Assembly (NCBI GenBank): GCA_041659045.1 | Contig: JBAZZB010000001.1 | Span: 6,111-70,110, forward strand | Length of the DNA stretch: 64,000 nt | Reading direction: 5' to 3' | Source of the DNA: Patescibacteria group bacterium | GTDB lineage: Bacteria; Patescibacteriota; Patescibacteriia; SG8-24; DYFX01 | Shown here: one piece after another, positions 56,514 to 64,000 of the stretch | Layout: the number at the start of each line of letters is the position of its first letter | How positions within the stretch are numbered: the first letter of the stretch is position 1 | Notes under the pieces: model-generated | The model's database searches: none | What the model was told of the DNA's origin: nothing | What the model saw: the letters and a program-made list of their open reading frames with translations, nothing else | Made by a program: the position numbers and the translations under genes

Positions 56514-57119
56514 TTAAGGACTGGTGTGCAATTTATTCCGATGCGGGTGCGGGTGGTCGAAGTCGCCGGCTTTGATGTATTCGAGGATCGACCGCACGGA
56601 CGCGTAGTACTCCTCGATCGATCCGGTATTGTCGAGCATGAAGCCAGCGGAACGGCCGATTTCCGGAATGTCCTTTTCGGTCGACAGGTTTTCTTCTTCT
56701 TTGAATGTTTCAAGCGACATTTCGGATTCTCCGACTTTCTCGCCGCGCCCGCGCGCGCGCTGCCAGCGGATCTCAACGGGTGCCGTGATGTAGAGAAGGT
56801 GGAAACCGGGAAGATCTTTCAATGCTTCCACATCGCCCCAGCGACGAATGCCGTCGATGACGATGAGTGGGGTTGCGGCATTTTTCGCATCGCCGGCGAT
56901 CACTTGTGCAAACAAGTTTTGGCCAAAGGCTTCGCGAAGCGTGACCGACATCTTTGTCTGGTTTTCGCGCGTCTGTGGGATGTACAAACGGTCGAGTACG
57001 TCGTTCAGAATCTTGCTGAAGCGGAACGTTTGCGCGCCGTATTTTTCAACCAAATACTGGGCGGCGGTGCCTTTACCTCCGACTTTCTCGCCGACGAGGC
57101 CGATGATGATCTTGTTCAT
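56514..57119 (-). CDS. P-loop nucleotide kinase (dNMP/dephospho-CoA kinase-like)
   Basis: IIGLVGEKVGGKGT, IDGIR, ITAP.E.R..R. Confidence 0.85.
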   Translation of the reverse strand: MNKIIIGLVGEKVGGKGTAAQYLVEKYGAQTFRFSKILNDVLDRLYIPQTRENQTKMSVTLREAFGQNLFAQVIAGDAKNAATPLIVIDGIRRWGDVEALKDLPGFHLLYITAPVEIRWQRARGRGEKVGESEMSLETFKEEENLSTEKDIPEIGRSAGFMLDNTGSIEEYYASVRSILEYIKAGDFDHPHPHRNKLHTSP

Positions 57120-57625
57120 GCTTTGGAGACGTAATTTTCGAGCGGCGCGGTAAAGGCCTGCGCCAGGCGTTCGGTCCATTCACGCGAAGGCTGGTAGGAG
57201 TCGAGCGTGACGCCGGCTTCATGGAGCGCGGCGACGACGGCGGGGGAGCGATACTCGGCGCCGGCCAGGATGCGTTTCACGCCGGCGACCGTCAGCGCTT
57301 TGAAACAGTGGTAGCAAGGCGAGTGCGTCGTGTAGAGCGTCGAACCGACCGTGCTGCCCGCGCCCATGACGGCGGCTTGGAGTACGCAGTTCTCTTCAGC
57401 ATGCACCGTACGGATGCAGTGATTGTCCTCCATAAGGTGTCCGGCCGGGCCGTCGCAGTGGGGCATGCCGGGCGGCGCGCCGTTGTAACCCGTCGCCACG
57501 ATGCGGCGGTCTTTCACCAGCACCGCGCCAACCTGGAGGCGATTGCAGGTGCCGCGCGTCGCCACGATTTTGGCGATGCCCATGAAGTAGTCGTCCCAGG
57601 ACGGGCGCTGGAGAGAAGGAGTCAT
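57116..57625 (-). CDS. dCMP deaminase (ComEB family)
   Basis: RPSWDDYF, TGYNG, HAEEN, PCYHC. Confidence 0.95.
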   Translation of the reverse strand: MTPSLQRPSWDDYFMGIAKIVATRGTCNRLQVGAVLVKDRRIVATGYNGAPPGMPHCDGPAGHLMEDNHCIRTVHAEENCVLQAAVMGAGSTVGSTLYTTHSPCYHCFKALTVAGVKRILAGAEYRSPAVVAALHEAGVTLDSYQPSREWTERLAQAFTAPLENYVSKA

Positions 57626-57702
57626 AGTGTTCAAACCTTACCGTCTTGAGCGAGGTGCCGCAAGAGACGAAAAACCGACCCCTTTCGGGATCGGTTTCGT
57701 CC

Positions 57703-58374
57703 TTAGATCGTGCGGATGGCCGGACCCATGGTGGTCGCGACCGTGACGTTCTTCAGGTAGACGCCCTTCGAAGAGGACGGCTTGATTTTGCGAACGGCTT
57801 CGAGCAGCGTTTCGTAGTTCTCGGCGAGCGCCTTGGCGTCGAACGAGACTTTGCCGATGACGGTGTGGACGATGCCGTAGTCGTCGCTCTTGAAGGCAAC
57901 TTTGCCCTTCTTGAGTTCCGAGATCATCTTCGTCACGTTCGTGCTGACGGTTTCAGACTTCGGGTTCGGCATGAGACCCTTCGGACCGAGGACTTTTGCG
58001 ACCTTGGCCATCTTCGGCATCATGTCCGGCGTTGCGACCGCGAGGTCCCACTCGAACTTACCGGTCCTGGTGATTTCGGCGAGCGTTTCTTCCGTACCGA
58101 TTTCATCGGCGCCGGCTTCCTTCGCTTCCTTCTCCTTATCAGCGGAGACGAAGGCGATGATCTTTTTCGTTTTGCCGCTGCCGTTCGGGAGCGAGACGGT
58201 GCCGCGGACCTGCTGGTCGGACTTCTTCGGGTCGATGCCGAGGCGGAGGTGGACTTCCACGGTGGCGTCGAACTTCGACGGCGAGGTCTGCTTGGCCAGT
58301 TCCATCGCTTCGGCGGTCGAATACGTTTTCTTCGAGTCGACGAGCGCGGCGGCGGCCTTATACTTCTTTCCCAT
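57703..58374 (-). CDS. rplA: 50S ribosomal protein L1
   Basis: KFDATVE, LPNG.GK, LGPKGLMPNPK, TTMGP. Confidence 0.98.
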   Translation of the reverse strand: MGKKYKAAAALVDSKKTYSTAEAMELAKQTSPSKFDATVEVHLRLGIDPKKSDQQVRGTVSLPNGSGKTKKIIAFVSADKEKEAKEAGADEIGTEETLAEITRTGKFEWDLAVATPDMMPKMAKVAKVLGPKGLMPNPKSETVSTNVTKMISELKKGKVAFKSDDYGIVHTVIGKVSFDAKALAENYETLLEAVRKIKPSSSKGVYLKNVTVATTMGPAIRTI

Positions 58375-58380
58375 ATATAG

Positions 58381-58410
58381 GTGTGGTCGGGCGCCTTTCG
58401 GCTCCCACAT
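58381..58410 (-). promoter_or_regulatory. L1-binding leader (autogenous control)
   Basis: GUGGGAGCC-GAAA-GGCGCCCGACCAC, resembling the L1 operator; TTGACA-17-TAGGAT promoter upstream. Confidence 0.7.
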
Positions 58411-58464
58411 GCCTTATGTATTAATGCCCGCATCCTAGCGGAAGCGGGCATTCGTGTCAATCTT

Positions 58465-58851
58465 TTAGGCGTTCATCTTGAGCTCCGTCTCGCGCTCTTT
58501 CTGGACCCACTTGAAATGGAGGACGAAGAGCGGGGCGGAGACGACGAGCATCGCGATGTACTGAGCCAGCGAGTTTTGGCGCTGGGCGTCGCGCTGCTCT
58601 TCCTGGTTCTTCTCGCATTCTGACTTCTGCGCGTCGAGATCGGCCTGCGACGGCTGTTTCGCACCCTCCTCGACGGCGACGGGCATCGGCCGCGCGTAGC
58701 CCATGTCGCAGGAGTTATAGGCGAAGTCTGCCTTGGTGAAGACGTAGGTCTTCATGCCGAGGTTGAGGAGCGAAATCGCCGCGATGACCGACATGATCAG
58801 GAAGATCAGGGTCGCCGCGTAGAAATAAATCTGGCGGATGGTGTTTTTCAT
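58465..58851 (-). CDS. Two-TM hypothetical protein (DUF5671-like)
   Basis: IRQIYFY...AMLVVSAPLFVLHFK pattern. Confidence 0.75.
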   Translation of the reverse strand: MKNTIRQIYFYAATLIFLIMSVIAAISLLNLGMKTYVFTKADFAYNSCDMGYARPMPVAVEEGAKQPSQADLDAQKSECEKNQEEQRDAQRQNSLAQYIAMLVVSAPLFVLHFKWVQKERETELKMNA

Positions 58852-58906
58852 ATAAGGAAAGGCTAGCATAAACAAAAACTCCCGCAAAGCGGGAGTTTTC
58901 GAAGCC

Positions 58907-59332
58907 TTACGGCTTGACCTCGAGACCCATCTGGCGCGCGGTACCTTCGATGGTACGCATGGCCGATTCGATCGAGGTGGTGTTGAGGTCAGGGAGCTTC
59001 TTCTCCGCGATTTCGCGGATCTGGGCTTTCGTGACCTTACCGACTTTTTCCTGAAGGGGCTTGCCGGAACCTTTTTCGAGGCCGGCGGCCTTCATGAGGA
59101 GAGTCGATGCAGGCGGCGTCTTGAGGATGAAGTCGAACGTACGATCTTCGTAAATCGTCAGGACGGCCGGGACGATGTCGCCCGCCATTTTGGCGGTGGC
59201 GGCGTTGAACTTCTGGACGAAGTCCTGGATGTTCACGCCGTGCTGACCCAGGGTCGGACCGATCGGCGGGGCGGGAGTCGCTTTGCCGGCGGGGGCCTGG
59301 ATTTTGACGATGGCTTTGACTTTCTTGGCCAT
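58907..59332 (-). CDS. rplK: 50S ribosomal protein L11
   Basis: [31 protein letters not shown]. Confidence 0.98.
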   Translation of the reverse strand: MAKKVKAIVKIQAPAGKATPAPPIGPTLGQHGVNIQDFVQKFNAATAKMAGDIVPAVLTIYEDRTFDFILKTPPASTLLMKAAGLEKGSGKPLQEKVGKVTKAQIREIAEKKLPDLNTTSIESAMRTIEGTARQMGLEVKP

Positions 59333-59479
59333 GAATTTGGGTTTGCGCGTCGGAGAGAAGCTGGCTAAATGCCACGCCGCGCACGTAGCCAGGAGAGTAC
59401 CCGAAACTGGGAAACTTGGCAAGAGACGGGGATTGACGTTCAGCAGGGTCGGGTTTAGGCTCATCGTAGGAGGCACGTC

Positions 59480-59632
59480 ATGCAAGAGATCCTTCAGATG
59501 ATCGAAGCGCTTGGGATCTTTCTGACCGCGCTCGTGACGCTTCTGGTTTTCTTTCCGCTCTGGCCGCTCGGGATCTGGGCGTTCATCGAGTGGCATTGTG
59601 CGCCACTCCTGCCTGACTCGGCGATCGACTGA
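59480..59632 (+). CDS. 50-aa hydrophobic peptide, opposite strand to the nusG-rplK operon
   Basis: TTGACG-17-TAGGCT promoter, AGGAGG SD, single TM; missed by the ORF track. Confidence 0.65.
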   Translation: MQEILQMIEALGIFLTALVTLLVFFPLWPLGIWAFIEWHCAPLLPDSAID

Positions 59633-59668
59633 TCCATACACCTCGGCATCTGCCGCGGTGTTTTTCTT

Positions 59669-59739
59669 TGTCATTCTGCGTGAAAAGAAAAATCCCTCTC
59701 CGATTCGGAAAGGGATTTTTCGCTTCGTTTAGGATGACA
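59669..59739. repeat. GTCAT...ATGAC palindromic element (degenerate)
   Basis: tgtcattctg/taggatgaca ends and aaaaatccct/agggattttt core. Confidence 0.6.
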
Positions 59740-59746
59740 GATCTGA

Positions 59747-60292
59747 TTAGATCTTCTTGACCTGGAGGAAGTCGAGCTCGATCGGCGTTTCGCGGCCGAA
59801 CATGTTGACGAGCACTTTGATTTTGCCGCGTGCTTCGTCGATTTCGGCGACCTTGCCTTCGAAGCCCTTGAACGGACCGTCGGCGATTGAAACGGCCGAG
59901 CCGGTTTCGACGTCGATCTTGTATTCCGGTTCGTCGACGCCCATGCGCTTCTGAAGCGACTTCACTTCCTCGTCGGAAAGCGGACTCGGCGTCGTGCCAG
60001 TGCCGATGAAGCCGGTGACGTTCGGCGTGTTGCGAACGACGTACCAAGAGTCGTCGGTCACGACCATTTCGACCAACACATAGCCGGGGAAGATTTTTTC
60101 TTCAACCGTCTTGCGCTTGCCGTTTTTGATCTTGATCTTCTTCTCCTTCGGAATCATGACACCGAAGATCTTGTCCTGCATGTCGAGCGATTCGATACGC
60201 TGCTTCAGGTTGTCGCAGACGTTCTCCTCGTAACCCGAATAGGTGTGAATCGCGTACCAGCGGCGACCTTGCTGAAGTATCTGCTTTGCCAT
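59747..60292 (-). CDS. nusG: Transcription termination/antitermination factor NusG
   Basis: WYAIHTYSGYE, FPGYVLV, KOW DGPF.GF.G, MFGRETP. Confidence 0.98.
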   Translation of the reverse strand: MAKQILQQGRRWYAIHTYSGYEENVCDNLKQRIESLDMQDKIFGVMIPKEKKIKIKNGKRKTVEEKIFPGYVLVEMVVTDDSWYVVRNTPNVTGFIGTGTTPSPLSDEEVKSLQKRMGVDEPEYKIDVETGSAVSIADGPFKGFEGKVAEIDEARGKIKVLVNMFGRETPIELDFLQVKKI

Positions 60293-60294
60293 AG

Positions 60295-60495
60295 TTACTT
60301 GGCGGCGATGATCGCTTGGAGCGCCAGGTTCAGTCCGTAGTCGAGACCGCCCAAAACCGCGGCCGTACCGACCGAAACGCCGATCACGATCAGGGTCGAA
60401 ATAATGGTCTGGCGGCGGGTCGGCCAGGCGACTTTTTCGAGCTCTTCCTTCGCTTCGTAGAAGTACCGGATGACCTTGTTTTCCTTGAGGCTCAT
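60295..60495 (-). CDS. secE: Preprotein translocase subunit SecE
   Basis: ELEKVAWPTR plus TM; immediately upstream of nusG. Confidence 0.95.
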   Translation of the reverse strand: MSLKENKVIRYFYEAKEELEKVAWPTRRQTIISTLIVIGVSVGTAAVLGGLDYGLNLALQAIIAAK

Positions 60496-60630
60496 ACCAA
60501 ATGAAGTTTTTTAAAGAGACCCCTGGGGGTCTCTGTTCGCAGCCACTATAGCAGGTGCGCGCGAATCTGTCAATTTGACACCCCAGTGCTTCAAGGTACT
60601 CTGTGTCAGAACCGTCAGGAGGAAACCTGC

Positions 60631-60975
60631 ATGTCGGAAAAGCGATTCTTCATCGCTCCGTCCGATCCGGACGCGGGCGACCAGCTGATTGCGTATCTTC
60701 TGCGCGTCGAACACCGTGTCTCACTCAACGATGTCTTCGATCTTTTCTCCGCCAAGAAGGACCCCGTGAAGAAGACGAAGGTTTTCGGTCTGCTCACGGA
60801 CCTGATCATCGCGGAACGTCTGGTCGAGGTGGAACGACATCTCTACTGCTTGCCGAAGCTGAGGTTCCCGGTTCTGGCCGTCGTCGACGTTTCCGTGTTG
60901 CGACGCTCTATCGGAAACAAGGAAGCGCTTCGGTTGAAGCCGTTGTGCCGCGATTCTCCAAAAGATGACGACTGA
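60631..60975 (+). CDS. Putative winged-helix protein
   Basis: TTGACA promoter with TACTCT -10, AGGAGG SD; helix-helix-helix then L...RLVEVERHLY wing. Confidence 0.6.
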   Translation: MSEKRFFIAPSDPDAGDQLIAYLLRVEHRVSLNDVFDLFSAKKDPVKKTKVFGLLTDLIIAERLVEVERHLYCLPKLRFPVLAVVDVSVLRRSIGNKEALRLKPLCRDSPKDDD

Positions 60976-61055
60976 CGTCATCTTTTTCTTTTAGCTTGAC
61001 GCGAGGGGGTTCGAACGGCAAGCTGGTCACGCGTGCAACACCCAGGAGGTGGAAC

Positions 61056-62162
61056 ATGACAGCAACCAAGTTCCTTCAGACGCGTCAGGTGGAGAGACGA
61101 CTGCTTGCGGCGCTGAAAGGCCGGAGGGAAACCTTCACGGCCCATCAGCTCTACGAGCTGTGCGGCATTCCCCTTAAGGACGAAAACGCGAAGTTCACGC
61201 TTCGTCAGGTCGCGACCGAGCTTGCGAAGTCACGCAAGATCAAAGCGATCGGCGGCGGCATGTATCGCAGTATGGAACCTGACGCGGAGCGGGAAGAGAT
61301 TCCTGAGCCCGTTCCAGAGCCCGTCGTGGTCGTTGAGGAAGTCGCTGCTGAAGAACTTGTCGATGACGCACATTCGGAACCGGACTTCGAGTCCGGAGAC
61401 GAAGAAGAAGTCGTCGTTGAGGAAGCTGGCAGCAACACCGAAACGGCGCAGCCCAAGATCGATCCTATCGAAGCGCCGGCGTCGAGGGCTCCTCAGGGAG
61501 CGTTCCGCGCGTGGCTTCTTGGATACCTGCGACCGAACGTGATTCTCAGCACGAAGGATATCCTCAACCGTGCGCTTGAAGCGAAAGTGGCGGTGAGTCG
61601 TCAGTCGGGACAGCTCTCGCTCGGGGCGATGGTGAAGCGAGGAGATGTGCGCCGCGTGCGCAAGGGATACTTCTCACTGCCTCAGTCGCCCACGTCCGCA
61701 AGCCAATCAATGAGCGTCGTCGCCGTTCCAGACGCACCGAAGGATCCGCCTGTTCTGAGTGTTGTCCCGAATCCACCGGTGGAATCGGAACGCAAACCGG
61801 AGCCGGTGGTTGAAGAGGGATCCTCGGTTGATGCGGATCTTCCGCCGGATCCGGAGACAGGTGCCTTGCAAGAGGAAGTGAAGCTGCCCACCCCGAAGCG
61901 AAAAGCGGCTCGATCGGAAGAAGATGTCTTCATGCGTATCGACCGCATGTTTCGCGAGAAGGACAGGCTGCTCCGTCAGCGCATCGTGGAGGGTGAAGCC
62001 TACAAGAAGGAGCTCACCGCCATGATTCGCAAAGGCGAACGACAGCTGATCGAGATCGAGCGCTGCTGCGTGGATGCACGCTCGTTGCTTCTGCAAGTCA
62101 CCAAGGCGCGACAAGAACTTACAAGACTCGAACGCTCCTTGCGTCCTCGAAAGAGACGATGA
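61056..62162 (+). CDS. Protein with two putative winged-helix domains and a C-terminal coiled coil
   Basis: AGGAGGT SD; L.K...IKAIGGGMY and MVKRG.V.RVRKGYF wings; acidic/Pro linkers. Confidence 0.7.
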   Translation: MTATKFLQTRQVERRLLAALKGRRETFTAHQLYELCGIPLKDENAKFTLRQVATELAKSRKIKAIGGGMYRSMEPDAEREEIPEPVPEPVVVVEEVAAEELVDDAHSEPDFESGDEEEVVVEEAGSNTETAQPKIDPIEAPASRAPQGAFRAWLLGYLRPNVILSTKDILNRALEAKVAVSRQSGQLSLGAMVKRGDVRRVRKGYFSLPQSPTSASQSMSVVAVPDAPKDPPVLSVVPNPPVESERKPEPVVEEGSSVDADLPPDPETGALQEEVKLPTPKRKAARSEEDVFMRIDRMFREKDRLLRQRIVEGEAYKKELTAMIRKGERQLIEIERCCVDARSLLLQVTKARQELTRLERSLRPRKRR

Positions 62163-62235
62163 CCGCTCCTGTTTCCAGCTGCGGTCTTTTTTATTTCTGA
62201 TTCCTCGTTTGTTTCCAAGAGAGTACACTCTTCAT

Positions 62236-62832
62236 ATGAATCGTCTTTCACCGACGCTGGAACGCATGCTGATTTTCACGGCTGTCTCGGCATTTTGGGT
62301 GCTGGTGTATTTTGGCGTTGGGAACGTGAATGCCGCGCGTCACGCCTGGATGCTCGAATGGGATCCGATTCGATACGTGCCGCTCTTGAGCCCCTTCGTG
62401 TTCGTGTATCTTTCTGCTTACATCATGCCGCTCGCACCCTACCTCGCTCTGCGAGATCGTGCGCGTACGCGAAGATTTGCTGCGGTGACTTTTGGGGTCA
62501 TCGCGTTCTGCGGTGTCGTTTTCCTCTTGCTTCCGTTCACGATCGAACGTCCATCGATTTTTTCTGACGCAAGTTCAGATCGATTGCTTGGCTGGTTGTA
62601 TGCAACGGATCGCCCGATCAATTTGTTTCCGAGCATGCACGTGGCGCTGGCTTATCTCTTTGCCTATGGTACAGGGCAAGAACGGCCTCGTTGGAAAAAG
62701 TTCATGATGCTTTGGGCCACGCTCATCGCTCTCTCGACGCTGTTTACGCATCAGCACTACGTGGTCGATGTCCTCGGGGGAATCATTGTTGCTATGGGCG
62801 CGTGGAGGATTTTTTTGAAAATGACAAAATAA
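62236..62832 (+). CDS. PAP2/IPC-synthase-like membrane phosphatase
   Basis: FPSMH, STLFTHQHYVVDV.GG. Confidence 0.9.
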   Translation: MNRLSPTLERMLIFTAVSAFWVLVYFGVGNVNAARHAWMLEWDPIRYVPLLSPFVFVYLSAYIMPLAPYLALRDRARTRRFAAVTFGVIAFCGVVFLLLPFTIERPSIFSDASSDRLLGWLYATDRPINLFPSMHVALAYLFAYGTGQERPRWKKFMMLWATLIALSTLFTHQHYVVDVLGGIIVAMGAWRIFLKMTK

Positions 62833-62865
62833 AAACGGGATGCTGAGCATTCCCGTGTGCTGCGT

Positions 62866-63402
62866 CTACGGCGCGAGCGCGAGCTCGTCGTAGCGCGGCT
62901 TCGGTCCCGAGGTTGTGTCGTATCCCGACCAGTTGAACTTCTCCGACTGCGCGTTGTACTCGCGCACCAGGTTGTTCCGCTGGGAGATGATGGCGAGGAG
63001 ATCATCCTTCGCCTGCTTGTAGTCCTCGCCGTACTGCATCTGCGCTGTCGGCGGCCACGTCGCGCGATCCTTGCCGTGGGTCAGCTCGTACTGCGTCGTG
63101 GTGTCCGCGACACGCTGCCGGTACAGCTTCACGTCCGCGTCCATCTTGTCGATGTAGGTCGCCTGATCGACGAACCACTCGTACTTCTTCAGGCTGGCAC
63201 GCGGACCGTGCTGCTCGCGCGCGACGTCGGCCGCTTCGCCGACCCAGCCGAGGCCGTAGGCGAGCGATCCGATCACGACGCAGAGCGCGGTGATCGGCAA
63301 GACGACGCGGGTGATGATCTTGCCGAGCGTCCAGCCGGACTCTCCGGTGACAGCCTCGACGCCCTTGCGATACTCCTTGCGTCCTTCATCCCAGTTGGTC
63401 AT
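62866..63402 (-). CDS. Membrane-anchored coiled-coil hypothetical protein
   Basis: AGAAGGAG SD, TM, KYEWF...EYNAQS.K.N. Confidence 0.75.
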   Translation of the reverse strand: MTNWDEGRKEYRKGVEAVTGESGWTLGKIITRVVLPITALCVVIGSLAYGLGWVGEAADVAREQHGPRASLKKYEWFVDQATYIDKMDADVKLYRQRVADTTTQYELTHGKDRATWPPTAQMQYGEDYKQAKDDLLAIISQRNNLVREYNAQSEKFNWSGYDTTSGPKPRYDELALAP

Positions 63403-63429
63403 GACGATGCTCCTTCTTCTCGTTCGAGT

Positions 63430-64000
63430 TCACTGCGGGTTGCTGGTTTCTGCCGGCGAGGCGGGGGAGCGTCCTTGCATGCGAGCTTCTTGCTCGGCCT
63501 GCCAGGCTGCCGCCGCCTTGTCGGCGTTGTAGAGACCGGAGATCTTGTCCGTCGGGTTCTCGAGGTCGATCGGGTAGTCCGTCAGCAGGTAGCCGAGGCC
63601 GCCGGCCGTACCGTACTGGTGGTAGCGACCCGAGGTGTCGAACCAGTAGATGTAGGGATCCGAGCTGCCATAGGTGCCGTCGGGCTGCATCAGCTCGTCG
63701 ACGTAGTAGCCGTTGTAGGCGGGGAAGCTGCCGCCGGACTCGTGCGGATCGACCACGACCTTGGCGGGCTCGAGACGCTTGCCGGAGCTCGTGACCTTGT
63801 TGCGCACGGGCATCCGGCGGATGATCGTGCCGTCGAGGCCGATCAGGTGGATCCACATCACCTTGGTCGGGTTGGTGGTGACCTCCTGGCGGTCGTAGAT
63901 GTTCTGCTGCTCGACGGTGTGCCCCTTCCCGTTCCTGGGAACGTGGTAGGGGTCCGCCTGCTTGGCGCCGCTCGACGACACCTGGTCGTTACCGGGCTTG
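63430..64000 (-). CDS. Hypothetical protein, 5'-partial (possibly exported)
   Basis: Frame open to the window edge; EQQNI..R, KVTSSGKRL.P, DGTYGSS..YIYW, YLLTDYP. Confidence 0.75.
   Translation of the reverse strand, partial: KPGNDQVSSSGAKQADPYHVPRNGKGHTVEQQNIYDRQEVTTNPTKVMWIHLIGLDGTIIRRMPVRNKVTSSGKRLEPAKVVVDPHESGGSFPAYNGYYVDELMQPDGTYGSSDPYIYWFDTSGRYHQYGTAGGLGYLLTDYPIDLENPTDKISGLYNADKAAAAWQAEQEARMQGRSPASPAETSNPQ

Noticed and set aside
58907-59674. N-terminally extended L11 (255 aa in the ORF track)
   Set aside because: L11 homology starts at MAKKVK (59332); the extension spans a promoter and an opposite-strand small gene
1-64000. CRISPR array, IS/transposase, prophage, rRNA
   Set aside because: No regularly spaced repeats, transposase/integrase/capsid genes or rRNA signatures were found by eye

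Overview
This 64-kb GC-rich window has a gene content and organisation typical of a Patescibacteria (CPR) chromosome; the taxonomy is inferred. Housekeeping genes include recG, radA, clpC, htpX/lemA, a phosphomannomutase, murI, rseP, pheST, HU, dnaE, thrS, miaA, gatB, a tmk-thyX-dut-dCMP deaminase cluster and secE-nusG-rplK-rplA. Many self-contained accessory genes, each with its own promoter and terminator, are interleaved among them. No rRNA, canonical tRNA, CRISPR array, integrase or transposase was seen. The most striking signal is a two-RNA module at 33726-33943. It encodes an aberrant 74-nt CCA-ending tRNA with alanine identity elements (G3.U70, A73), a tRNA-Pyl-like core and an 8-nt anticodon loop (CUUGCCAG). 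Directly after it is a ~65-nt RNA with its own promoter and terminator, whose 5' end forms a 16-bp duplex with that tRNA's anticodon arm. This is a candidate tRNA/anti-tRNA (toxin-antitoxin-like or recoding) system, and it lies next to an AT-rich Mrr-nuclease/STAND-NTPase gene that is probably defensive. Other notable items are a structured ~150-nt ncRNA candidate (49080-49228) and a four-gene membrane paralogue array with an identical 87-bp 3' repeat. The window also has leaderless housekeeping genes versus SD-led accessory genes, and several small ORFs missed by the ORF track.
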